64,000 nucleotides of DNA from Magallana gigas. Taxonomy: Eukaryota. How positions within the stretch are numbered: the first letter of the stretch is position 1; every line of letters begins with the position of its first letter. The DNA lies in NCBI RefSeq assembly GCF_963853765.1, contig NC_088859.1, forward strand, positions 51,708,001 to 51,772,000. Direction: 5' to 3'. Below the pieces are notes generated by a model that made no database searches, was not told the DNA's origin, and saw only the letters and a program-made list of their open reading frames with translations. The translations under genes were made by a program, and so were the position numbers. Positions 44,328 to 56,600 of the stretch are shown here, piece by piece.

Positions 44328-46136
44328 TTAGCCGTTATCAAAAGAGGAGAGACGGAGTCTGTTATCGTCGTCAGATAATATTTCGTGAGTAGACAAAGTC
44401 CAACAATTTCTGTCTTGTTCAGTGACCACTTGGTTTACATGTGGGTCATTTCTGTAATTTAATATCAAAGAATCTAATTTTGTAGCATCTTTAATTTCAA
44501 GCGCCGAGTATAAATCTTGTGGAATGTTCTGTACTGGTTCGATAGAGTTCCTAGGGCAATCCAAACACAGTCTGGGACGGTGAGTCTCTTGTACCGGTTC
44601 CTTGGAAATAATACTATATTCCACTGAATCATCGGACTGTTCCGAAGACGAAGCGGACGGAAACTGTCCCCCCAGCACTGACCACGAGTTATACGGACTT
44701 GGTTCTAATACAACACCGTCGACATTGTGGGGTTGGTTACCAACTTTGTCAACCATATATGGTTCCACCTTCACTGAAGTCTCTTCGGAGTCTCGAGTCT
44801 CTGTTAATCCTAGAGATTCAAGAGATGGGATCAACAAAGATGGTGCATCAGCTAAATCTTCGTGTTGTTCATCGAGGACTGTTTTGACCTCCGTTTCTGA
44901 GCCCAACTTTTTAAGGAAAGATCTATATTCCATTATCGAGTCAATCTCCTTGAAGTTTCCAGACTGTGCTATAGCTTCTGCCCTATCAATTTCCGTGTTA
45001 GCATCATCAAACATTCTTCTGAGCTGTTTTATCCTGGCCTTAGCAATGTAGTACATCATTTCTCGTCTTGCTTCGATGTCTTTAAGATCGATCTCGTTCA
45101 TATACTTTTCTGCCCTGTCCACGTCCTCTTCGCAAATAACGCAACCCGGAATACAACGACCCTTGTTACTTAATCCCACCAGACAAAATATCATCCTTAG
45201 GAGAAACATCCTCTTCCACAGATTCCTGATTTCTTCCTCCTCCTCGCTAAGTGCCCACAGTCCTTTGCTGCCTTCGTAAAGAAGCGATTCCTTCAATTCC
45301 GTCGTAGGCGTCTGTTCGAACTGCCACAGCTTGAAGTACACGTCAATGTAGATCATGTTTGCTATCTCTAGACACGGCCCGGTGAAGTTCGCGCAACAAT
45401 GGGCCTGTTTAACCATGTCTTCCCCTTCTGAAAACTTCTTAGCAATAGCCAAAGCATTAGCTTTTCTCCCGAAGAAAACGACTTCAGATATTGAGGCGTC
45501 TGTCGAGTTTACAGCAAGCGATTTTAGTTCTGTGAAAATGTCTTGATCAGGTAATGTTACATCATAAGTAATAGCAATTGCGTCAATTTCTGCTCCCAGT
45601 AAAGCAATATATTTGTCTGAGAGAAACTGCCGTTTAGATTCTGCTCTCTCGTGTTGAATCTGGTTTTGCAAAAGACGAGCCTGTTTCCGGAAAAAACTCC
45701 GTGGATCTTTAAACTGAGCATTATGAACTAAACGTTTGAGATTCTTAAAATACAAATGTATCGACTTTTTATTGATGGGAACCGACCGTTTTACAGTGAC
45801 CAGCGACTGAGAATGTGATTCTGCGTATAAAAAATGCATATAAAGACTCCTGGCCAGTTCCTGATAGCCGTGGTCAAAGAAACGTCTACAAAGATCGTCT
45901 GATGACACGAAACTGTAGTCCCTGAAGACCAGGGTCCGAAATAGTTCTCCCCACGTGATATCACCCACATCCAATCGTCTATCCAGGCACCCCGTAATCT
46001 GCAACGCTAAAGCAACTGTCCTGGTGTCAGTGTGTTTCAAGAATTCCCTCAAAGCTTCAAGATCCTGTTTCCTGGGCATGCGCGGTCGGCATCGTTGTGA
46101 GATAGATATGATAGGAGTCGGAGGAATAGGATCCAT
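44328..46136 (-). CDS. Uncharacterised 602-aa intronless protein: putative death-fold N-terminus, TPR-like helical core, acidic disordered tail with PVQET motif
   Basis: 1809-nt uninterrupted ORF with elevated GC in an otherwise stop-rich AT background and globular-protein-like composition. No transposase or RT motifs. Domain calls are pattern inference only. Confidence 0.85.
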   Translation of the reverse strand: MDPIPPTPIISISQRCRPRMPRKQDLEALREFLKHTDTRTVALALQITGCLDRRLDVGDITWGELFRTLVFRDYSFVSSDDLCRRFFDHGYQELARSLYMHFLYAESHSQSLVTVKRSVPINKKSIHLYFKNLKRLVHNAQFKDPRSFFRKQARLLQNQIQHERAESKRQFLSDKYIALLGAEIDAIAITYDVTLPDQDIFTELKSLAVNSTDASISEVVFFGRKANALAIAKKFSEGEDMVKQAHCCANFTGPCLEIANMIYIDVYFKLWQFEQTPTTELKESLLYEGSKGLWALSEEEEEIRNLWKRMFLLRMIFCLVGLSNKGRCIPGCVICEEDVDRAEKYMNEIDLKDIEARREMMYYIAKARIKQLRRMFDDANTEIDRAEAIAQSGNFKEIDSIMEYRSFLKKLGSETEVKTVLDEQHEDLADAPSLLIPSLESLGLTETRDSEETSVKVEPYMVDKVGNQPHNVDGVVLEPSPYNSWSVLGGQFPSASSSEQSDDSVEYSIISKEPVQETHRPRLCLDCPRNSIEPVQNIPQDLYSALEIKDATKLDSLILNYRNDPHVNQVVTEQDRNCWTLSTHEILSDDDNRLRLSSFDNG

Positions 46137-47769
46137 CGTGGAAAGTATTTAAATAATTGTCTGTATTTTAGACCAACCAAGAGTCTAATCAGACGTTGTT
46201 TTAAGTTACATCTGGAATAAAACGTATAGACCAAAAAGTCATTTTAATACTCTGATTCTCAGGTGCACTAAAACATTTAAATTTTACCGTATTTTAATGA
46301 ATGGATAAATAACAGGTTTAATTTTAATTTAATGACAAAGAATTAACACAAAGATAATCAATTGATTTATGATTGTTTTATTTACTTGGACGTTACTTGG
46401 ACGTTTTGTTTCCCCCTTATCATCGGGGGTTGTTTATTCAACATTTTCAACTTATAATTTAATACCCAAATAATTCGTATGTTCATTGATAGATAATATT
46501 ACGTTTAAGATGGAAATACCCACAGGGGTACCTTACCTTTCTCCCCTCCCTTCTTGTTATTCTCACAAGTCTTAATTGATGAAATGGACGATGAAAATCT
46601 TATGGAAAAAATCCCGGAAATTTACAGTAGCTATACATGTATTCTATTTATAGGTGCAAATCATGTGTTAGTTTCGGTTTATGAGAAGGAGTTACAATGT
46701 AATACTAGATCGGTATTTAAAATACCAAATCTCTCCTTTGTTGGGGGAAATTCAATGACTGAATAAAGGTTTTAAAAAGATATATGGATATATAGATTTA
46801 AAATTCAAATTCCAAATATTTCCAAATAACCTACATATTTATCGATCCGTACGGCACGTGTAAAAATCTATCATCTATGAAAAGCCATTACCTGCTATTC
46901 AAAGGTATCAATAACGGACACGTTTCATATCCTACAGCGGACAAAAGTGAAAACATTAAATAGGTAACATAAACTTAACAATACCACAAAATAATGAACA
47001 TAACTGTAGCGTGATATATCGACACAAAATATTCCGTTGATCGAAATTCAATCTGTATGGAAGCAGGCAGTTCAATCGCAAAGCAAACCTACAGACGACA
47101 TATTCTTGATGTAATCCCGATACCCATAGTCAATTTGACATCATTCTAGAGAGGAGGTCAAAAGCTTGTTTATTTCCGTTTGGGGGAGACTGTAGGCATT
47201 CTCAATATATTTTATTATTCAAAAATGGACAAAACTCCGAAATTTCTTCATATTTTATTGAAAATGACAGTTTAAAACATGATTTTTCATTGTGTGTACC
47301 AAACATTTAAGCCCCGCTACACCATATCAAACAAAGCTATTGTTATGAGGCATCATTGAAAGGAATTATATCTTAAATTTCATGAACCTGTAGGCACCTT
47401 TTATTTACTAGATCTTACATATGGTAATGGCCGTCCCCTCCCCTACCTGTAATGGACGTCCCCTCCCCTACCTGAAATCTTGCAACAAGGACTATAAAAT
47501 TATTATGTTGAAAAACTTTAGAATAATAAAAATGCCTCACTGGATATTCAAAAGGTGCAATAATCATATGATAGGTAATGATTTCCCATTAATTTCTTCA
47601 CTGTCAAGATAGCTTTTTGTCTATATGTTTTTATATCCAAACAACCCTCCCCAATGCCTAAGCACCAAACAGAAACCCTCCCCGGGGCATCTAAATAGGA
47701 AAACAAACAGTAGACTACCTTATTGTCTCACTTCAACTGCATTCATTCTTATGTCCGCATATCTTAAAA

Positions 47770-48115
47770 GAACAGATAACACATCCCCACATCCCACCCC
47801 GCCCTCCCCAACACAGACACAAGACTAAACTATCGCCTATCTTAAATAATAACACATTTCCCCACCCCGCCCTCCCCAACACAGACACAAGACTAAACTA
47901 TCGCCTATCTTAATAACACATTTCCCCACCCCGCCCTCCCCAACACAGACACTTGACAAGACTTAACTATCGCCTATCTTAATAACACATCCCCCCATCC
48001 CAACACAGACACAAGGCTAAACTATCGCCTATCTTAATAACACATTTCCCCACCCCACCCCACCCTTCCTATTGCAGACACTAGACTGAACTATTGCCTA
48101 TCTTAATAACACATT
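47770..48115. repeat. ~60-bp minisatellite, 5-6 copies (aataacacatttccccaccccgccctccccaacacagacacaagactaaactatcgcctatctt)
   Basis: Direct tandem copies. Confidence 0.9.
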
Positions 48116-48969
48116 AGATCCATAAGAATATCAAAAAATGTGTTTTATTAGTGTTTATATTAACATCTTTCTGTTAAACAATTATATTGAGTTAATCGTA
48201 AAGAGGATACAAAAGTTACTAAATTATTTGTATATGTACATCACGTAAGACAAATAGAAAGGACTGGCTTGGAAATGGTTTTCCATGCCATACTAGGTAA
48301 TCTGTCATTAGGAATTTACATTGTAAAGTACGGAAAGTTTTGGAGATAATGCCAGAATGTGTGTTATATTTAGGGAGATAATGCCAGAATGTATGTTATA
48401 TTTAGGTTGGGATTTATATCCTTATACACCTGGGGCCCGTTTCTCAAAAAGGCGTAAATCTGGGCTTAAGTTAGTCCGACTAACAAAGTTACGCCAATAT
48501 TTAGTCGGGTCTAAGTTGCGTTTCTGAAAGAGTATTTTGTTTTGCTTTGAGGCTATGATTATATGTGGTGGATCAATTTTCCAATTCATAGTACATGCAG
48601 TACCCGAAAGTACGCATGTTATACATGTACTTTACCACTGAATGTGCATAGTTCAAGCTTTTCATGACATTTTATATTAATAAAAGTAGAACAAATGCCT
48701 ATACACTTGTTAACATAATGAAATTTTAGAGAAAAACAGATGATATGAAAGCGGCATATATAATAGGTTTTAGAAACCAAATATGTGACAATTAAATGCA
48801 TTGTAGATGATATTGAGGCACAATCTTACATATAGATTGAACGAAACAATACATAGAAATTAACTCCAATGTTCGTGTAAACTTCAAATATTTTTAGAAT
48901 ACATGCAGAATGAGAAGTATGCTTCATAGACACTGTAGGTCTTTAGACATTTTCAGATGCTGGGATAAG

Positions 48970-48998
48970 TGTCATGTTGTAAATTTTGAATTTACTGG

Positions 48999-49030
<32 letters not shown>

Positions 49031-49041
49031 ACAACATGACA
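48970..49041. mobile_element. 72-bp perfect-hairpin micro-MITE, TGT...ACA ends, 4-bp TSD TAAG
   Basis: 31-bp arms are exact reverse complements; TAAG at 48966-69 and 49042-45; the paralogous site near 52560 is empty. Confidence 0.85.
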
Positions 49042-49660
49042 TAAGGCTTGATTCTTTTTTATCAATTCACTGTATTATTTATAGAAAATAATATGACCAT
49101 GAGTATAACAGCAACCAACTGAAATCGAAAATATCTACTGTATAAATAATATCACATGAACCTTGTCCATCCTCTGTTCCAATATTGAAAGAATGTAGAC
49201 AATGACATGGAAACGATTCTTGATTTTCTGCGATTCAAATGATAATAGTTTTGAAAGATATTAATAGTCAACAACTAACAAGACAGGAATTATCAACATT
49301 TGAGGCCGGGGTCTCCCCAACTCCCTTTCCTGTTTTTGGTTTAATCGATGGATTGTTTTGTTTTGTTTTTTTAGGCCGGGGGGGGGGGGGGGGGGGGTGG
49401 AGGTTGAAAGTAATATACACCATAAACAGGGAATAATTCGCCCTGTCTAATTTTTAATAATTTCACCCTCGTTGTCAGCGGGCAAATTTATGTTGATTTT
49501 CAATATCTAATATTAAGTAACAGCTGTGACTTGGCGAAGTCACGACCGAGTGAAACTGTTTGCAAGTGTAGAAGGACGGAAACTACACGGGACCAAAATA
49601 ACCCTGTATACAGTATCTTGATTAAAATAAAGTTATAAAAGCAGTTATCTAAGAACACCC

Positions 49661-49945
49661 TTCCTATTGAAGGAAAGTTTTATAAATAAAAAGTTTTTAC
49701 AAGTTTAATGGAAAAGGCATCTAAAAAATCACCTATCCCCTTCCGGATAAGACATTTTGCATCTTTGTGGTTTTAACAAGTGCATGTGAGTTTTACTTTC
49801 TTCCTATTTAAAGAAAGTTTTATAAATAAAAGGTTTTTACAAGTTTAATGGAAAAGGCATCTAAAAAAAATCCCCTATCCCCTTCCGGATAAGACATTTT
49901 GCATCTTTACGGTTTTAACAAGTGCATGTGAGTTTTACTTTTTTC
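49661..49945. repeat. Tandem duplication of ~140 bp
   Basis: gaaagttttataaataaaa...gtgcatgtgagttttacttt occurs twice in succession. Confidence 0.85.
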
Positions 49946-50130
49946 CCTATCTGCTTTGGGTTATTGGGGTGGGGGTGTATACAATTGTTTATATAATAAG
50001 TATGACAAATGCAAGCTAGTTAAATTTGTAAATAATGCACACTGTTGTAAAACTGCTAAAACAACGCTTTTGTATTTCAAGTCGACAACTTCGAAATAAA
50101 GAAAAATCCCTTGATATACGTACATCTTAA

Positions 50131-50913
50131 GATCAATTCTATGTAAGAATCAATGATTTATAAAAGGGTCTGGCCACGCATAGTCACCAATTTTCCTTAT
50201 ATTTCATACATGGACACACCTAGGTGTAAAACGCAAAAAACCACTAAAGGTTGGTTGCTAGGGGTAACCGTTGCCATGGTAATCGAGGCTAAAGATGGGA
50301 AAATAGCAAAACATACCTACTTTGAAGCCATATTAGAAGGTTTTGCCCACTAATGTAAACTATCAAAGACATAAAACAGCCTTTTTCCTATTTTCAATTA
50401 TTTAATTATATAAGAAAATTGATGGAGAAACCAATACTTTTAAAATATTACCATGGAAACCGTTGCAAATTTTTGAAATCAGTTTTCTGCGGTTTTTTTA
50501 ATTGCACAATCATAATAGTATTTACCAAAAAATCCAAGATTTGCACTATTTATTCAAACTAGATGAAGAAAACATATTTTAAAATTTCTGTTTAGTAACC
50601 ATGGAAACGCTCTAAAAATATGCGTTTCTACATGAATTTTTTTGTTTCATTTGAAAAATGACAACTATTTTTAATAATACATTCTACCCTGGAAACCCCA
50701 AGTTCTGCACATTACTCACAATATGTTCTCAAATAAGCATTAAAATGCCATATTTACATCTTTACCCTCGGTTACCATGGCAACGGGACCACATAGCAAC
50801 AAACAAATGGTGTAAGGCTTTATTACTCACCAAAGTCTATCAAATTGTCAAGTATGAAGAAAATCCGTGACTATGCGTGGCCACCGAATGTTGATTCTTA
50901 CATAGAATTGATC
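50131..50913. mobile_element. MITE with 23-bp TIR GATCAATTCTATGTAAGAATCAA and TTAA target duplication (Kolobok-like)
   Basis: TTAA at 50127-30 and 50914-17; subterminal ggccacgcatagtcac / gtgactatgcgtggcc. TTAA plus purine-purine ends fits Kolobok better than piggyBac. Confidence 0.75.
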
Positions 50914-52204
50914 TTAAATATGATGAAACAAAACTATCATGAATTCAAGTAATTAAAGATCAATTCAATTAAATGAGTACAAATAAACAATGCATATGAA
51001 TATGCACGGGGATCATTGATAGTACATGTGCCCCATACTTTTTTTTTAAAAGAATTACGATCGATGTTAAATATGAACGCAATTGACCACTTCATCCTAG
51101 AATTAATAAGATTAATGATTTTGATTACTAAAAATTCAAGGTTTGCATGTGAAATTTTATAATATTCGATAACCTTGACAAACGCTTGTCAACAGATCTA
51201 AAATTGATGCACACTCTGCACGCTTCTAAAACATATTTTTAAGTAATATTTTAACAAACAAAAATTTATTGTATCTAAATGCGAGTTCATAAACATTCCA
51301 AAATACATGTAGCTTTCATACGGTTTTGTAAAGATACTAGGAGCAAAAAAAAAAAATGAAAATGACAATGCATACCTGTTGTAAAGTTTTCAGTAATACA
51401 TGTATATGTAAGGAACAAACAACCACACACAAGGACAAATTACAAATGTAAACGTTTTGAGTTGCTCCTATTCATAATTTTGAAATCAGTTTCGTTTCAC
51501 AGGTTCAAATTTGATTAGAAACATTAAATTCTAGTTCATGCTTACTGAGAATTGATAAAAAAAAAAAATCAATAATCTATTCGTACTTATATACATCTAT
51601 CTTGTTGGGGATTAAATGTTTAATTTAGAAATAAAGCATTTTTTAATAATTGTGTTTATATCATTTATTGGGGTATACCCATTCTTCACACTTTAGGTAA
51701 ATTTCATTACGAGTAGTAATATATATTATATACGTTTAATAAGGTGAGCCCATTATTTATCAAATTGATTTAATCTTAATTATTTTAGAAATAGAAACAG
51801 TTATCGAACAATAAGTATCTCTTAAAGTTATACGTACATGTACAAATAACACATAAAACAAACCAAAAAATAAAATTATCTGTATATTTTGCCTTAGAAA
51901 CAAAACACTCGCCATTTTTGTGCACAGATTAAGGACTTACGCCTACCCATTAGCAGGCGTAGATTTAAACCCAAATTTAGTCCCGACTAAGTTTCCGCCT
52001 TTTTGTGAAACGCAGCTTAGTCTGGTTTTGAGGTTTAGTCCCTGATTTAGTCCGGACTAAGCTTACGCCTGGACGTAGGCCTTTTTGAGAAACGGGCCCC
52101 AGGTGTGGATACAGGGGCCAAGGGTTCAAATACTTATGACTGATTCTTAATTAATGGGAAATATACACTTCTTCCGCTTCATTTTAAGCAGTGTTCTTTA
52201 ATAG

Positions 52205-53175
52205 CTTGAAAAAAACAAAACAAAACAATCGATCGATTTAAACCAAAAACAGGAAAGGGAATTGGGGAGACCCCGGTCTGAAATGTTGATAATTTCTGTC
52301 TTGTTAATTGTTGACAATATCTTTCAAAACTATTATCTTTGAATCGCAGAAAATCAAGAATCCTTTCCATGTCACTGTCTACATTCTCTCATTATTGGAA
52401 CAGAGGATGGAACTTTTTTTCCTTTTGTAGACATGGACAAGGTTCATGTAATGTTAGTTATACAGTAGATATTTTCTATTTCAGTTGGTTGCTGTTTATA
52501 ACCTATGGACATATTATTTTCTATAAATAATATAGTGATAGGGTAAAAAAGAATCAAGCCTTATCCCAGCATCTGAAAGTGTCTAAATATCTACATGAAG
52601 CATACTTATCATTCTGCAGATGTATGCGGGTATATCTACTGTACCCTGTCCCTGTATTCTATAAATATTTGAAGTTTACACGAACACTGGAGTTAATTTC
52701 TATGTATTGTTTCGTTCAATTAATATGTACGATTGTGCCTCAACATCATCTACAATGCATATATTTGGTTTCTGAATCCTCTTACATATGCCTTTTTCAT
52801 ATCAACTGTTTTCTCTAAAATTTCATTATGTTAAGAAGTGTATAGGCATTTGTTCTACTTTCATAAATACACACTGTTATGAGCGACTTGAACTATGCAC
52901 AGTGGTATAGAATAGCATGCGTACTTTCGGGACATGTATTATATATATGAATTGGAAAATTGATCCACCACATATAATCATAGCCTCAAAGCAAAACAAA
53001 ATAGGATATGCGCATGCTTAGTACTCAGCGGAGATGTCTAAGTTCTTCTACATTTAAACCCTAACTTACGCCTCTTTCAGAAACGCAACTTAGACCCGAC
53101 TAAATATTGGCGTAACTTTGTTAGTCGGACTAACTTAGGCCCAGATTTACGCCTTTTTGAGAAATGGGCCCCTGG
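52205..53175 (-). mobile_element. Inverted ~1-kb copy of the left part (48432-49372) of the preceding element
   Basis: Blocks such as tgatccaccacatataatcatagcctcaaagcaaaacaaaata and aagccttatcccagcatctgaaa are reverse complements of left-arm sequence. Confidence 0.8.
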
Positions 53176-53636
53176 TCGGTTTCACAAAATGAAGCAGAAC
53201 GCGGAAGTATAACGTTTGGCACTAAATTCATTTTCAAGGGTATTATTTTATATTTGCTGACCAACGTAACAAAGTAGCACTACCTTGTTGTGTATCAATA
53301 TGTGAACAAAATACGCTTATCGTCTGCACAATATATCAATATTGTAGAAATATTGTTCAATCCCTTGCTCTCAATATAGTTACAGGTTCTACTATATTTC
53401 CAATGTTTTAACAACAAGCAAGAGATGAAATAAAAATTACAGTTTTTTTGTTTATTGTAATAAACATACAAAATAACTATAACGTTAAAAACCACAACTG
53501 ACATTAATGCTCATCTCGAAAAGTGGCGGGGTTCAAAACATATGATTGGCGAAATGACTTATTATCAGACTACAGCGACCAAAATGAACTACTGGAATGA
53601 TGGTCTTGATGCTGACGTCATGAATATCAAATAACG

Positions 53637-53695
53637 TCATTCTACGAGAGCTCTGTTCGTAGCGTCACGTATACTCTTCAAAAATGGAACGAGAC
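53637..53695 (-). CDS. IDO: IDO last coding exon 14 ([19 protein letters not shown])
   Basis: ctttcattttAG acceptor; matches LMNFLKTVR; TGA at 53637-39. Confidence 0.9.
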
Positions 53696-56600
53696 CTAAA
53701 ATGAAAGGTGAGACATTGATTGTAATGATCATGGGAAGAGAATATGGAGAAGTCCATTTTACAAGAGAATATGGAGATGTCCTTTGTACAAGAGAATATG
53801 GAGAAGTCCATTTTACAAGAGAATGTGGACAAGTTCATTTTACAAGAGAATTTGGAGAAGTCCATTTTACAAGAGAATATGGAGATGTCCCTTGTACAAG
53901 AGAATATGGAGAAGTCCATTTTACAAGAGAATATGGACAAGTTCATTTTACAAGAGAATATGAAGATATCCATATACAAGAGAATATGGAGAAGTCCATT
54001 TTACAAGAGAATATGGAGATGTCCATTTTACAAGAGAATATGAAGTGCATTTTACGAGAGAATATGAAGAAGTCCATTTTACAAGAAAATGTGGACGTGT
54101 CCATTTTACTAGAGAATGTAAACAAACTGTCCATTTTACAAGAGAATATGGAGATGTCCATTTTACAAGAGAATATAGAGAAGTCAATTTTTCAAGAGAA
54201 TATGGAGATGTCCATTTTACAAGAGAATATGAAGAAGTCCATTTTACAAGAGAATATGAAGAAGTCCATTTTACAAGAGAATATGAAGAAGTCCATTCTA
54301 CAAGAAAATGTGGACGTGTCCATTTTACTAGAGAATGTAAACAAAATGTCCATTTTACAAGAGAATATGGAGATGTCCATTTTACAAGAGAATATGGAGA
54401 TGTCCATTTCACAAGAGAATATGGAGAAGTCCATTTTACAAGAGAATAGGGAGATGTCCATTTTACAAGAGAATATGAAGATGTCCATTTTACAAGAAAA
54501 TTTGGACGTGTCCCTAAACCAGTACTTACTAGATCCACCAGTTCCCTTGTTAGACACGGACTCAAAGTCTCTGTTCCTCGCCTCGTTGTTGGACGTAATA
54601 ATTATATACCTGTAAATATTCATAAAATATCGTATCATGTACCTGTAATGTTTTGGTACCGTAATCATTAAGTGTATGCCATAAATGCATTGTTAAAATT
54701 AACTGAAATTTCAAAGCAAATGATCTGCTCTGCTTACTTTGTGACGATCTGTATGTGGTAGGAACGGAAGTCTATCAGTGACTGTACTGCCTCGTTATAG
54801 GAAGTCTTCACATCTTCACAGGCCTGGGCTAATCAATTGGACAACACAGTAATTAAATTTAATTTAATCCTTATTATATTTTGCTATTAATTATAGAAAA
54901 CGGTCATTTGACATAAAATTGACATTTTCATTGTTTTGCCTCAGATTGATTGTTTTAAACATGGCACGCGATTGCCGAATATATTTTTATGTCCGACTGG
55001 TGGGATTAATATCATGCAATATGGCCGAGGCTTTGCCTATCTATCTCGACATTTAATATTATTCAATACAGAAAACGTGTTTCGTATACGTCTTTGAATT
55101 AGGAGTGGTTGCCTTTTAAAATTACTTTAAAAATTGAGTTGTTGCCCTTAAAATGATGTTAAATTGTTGTTTTTGAAGCAGAATAAAATGGCAGCGTCGA
55201 TATTTGCTCAAACTTCTGCGGAGGAAAGAGAAAAAACGCTTAAAATTAAATAGCAACAAAACTTTGAAAATGAACAATAGTGCACCGAAGATTTTCAAAG
55301 AGTATATTTACATGTATTTGCGAAGATCTTTTTGTGAATAAGTATCTCACGTGATAGTCCTCGGGGGAAAATTCACTTATTTGGTTTGTTACAGACTGAC
55401 TACAGATGTATATCGGGTTGATCAATCTCATAGACGGCTCGCTTCGTCTTGTCGTCTATGAGATTGGTCAATCCGATATATTTTCGTAGTCAGTCTTCGA
55501 CCCGCCGTCTATGAGATTGATTAACCCGACAAATTTCCCGTAGTCAGTCAAACCTAATAAGTAATATTATATATTGTACAAAATTCAAAGAAACGTCATG
55601 CGGATTAATATGTTTTCTGTGACGTTGGCAACTGTTGTTATATATTTTTCCGCCAATCAGATTGCGCGTTAGAAACGGAATTAAGACCCAGAGTGCCTAA
55701 AAATATATATTACAAAGAGGGAATTTTGAACGAGTTTAGCAATCATAATCCGTGTCAGACTGAAATTCTGAAGTGATCATTAATTGAAAATACAACTTTT
55801 AAGTTAATTACTTGAGGTTATGAGGTGACCTTACCATACTGCCTTAGACTGGTCTCCCGGGAAATCAGCTCGATAAACGCGGCGTGTTTGGGAGGCATGT
55901 ACGACCGCATTTTGTTTAAAAAGTCTTCTATGTCTAAAATACAAAACAGAACCAATACACCACAAGAATTAATGTTTCGAACAAGTCCACCATTGAGTTA
56001 CTTAGAGTGAGTCTTGGGGAGTACCTTGATCGTGTTTGACCCCTAGTGCAGCATCCATCAACTGCATCGTGCTGCTCTGTGCCGCGCTTCCTCCGATCAT
56101 CTGTAACCATGGCAACATGAATCTTTATTTCACACAAAATAATACTATTGTGTTGTCTTTTAATATGTTTGGACACTGATGTATACACACCTTTTGAGGT
56201 TTCTCCGATACTCCTTCGTAAATTAGTCCTTCCGGTAATGAAGATCCATTCCCGCCCCATCTTCAAATATTGGATCCGGAAATTATTTAAAAAAAGGAAT
56301 ATATTAACAAGAGGCCCATGGGCCATATAGCTCACCTGAGGAACGATAGGTATGATAATATCGGCTAAATGGAACATAATACAAACTATCTGGACAATGT
56401 TGTGTAATGCATGTAGATCCTGGATAAATAAAAATCCCATTGCTTCTCAAAAAGATCCTTAACAATTTTTATGTATATATGGGATACAAACCTACATCAA
56501 ACTCTGACGCTCAAGAATTGTCCACGCGGGCCTTAGTCTACACAATTTAAAAGAATCACCCGGCTGATAAGTTTCTGAGAAGAATATTTTCAAAGATTTA

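Larger units (their letters stand above)
48427..52105. mobile_element. TIR element (cacctggggcccgtttctcaaaaagg ... cctttttgagaaacgggccccaggtg) with nested insertions; possibly PIF/Harbinger-like
   Basis: 26-bp terminal inverted repeat seen at both ends. The superfamily call is a guess from the GGGCC terminus. Confidence 0.55.

Noticed and set aside
44602-46152. Plus-strand ORFs overlapping the 602-aa gene
   Set aside because: Antisense shadows of the real minus-strand CDS.
53701-54615. 304-aa repetitive ORF on + (and overlapping ORFs 53665-54668) as real genes
   Set aside because: They arise from the 27-bp minisatellite. The apparent ATG AAA G|GTGAG start is the reverse complement of the IDO last-exon acceptor, and the unique ends overlap IDO exons on the opposite strand.
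55934-56440. RRKRG...DGCC as an insulin-like peptide A chain
   Set aside because: It lacks the following cysteines, and the same bases encode IDO exon 10 (GGSAAQSS) in another frame.
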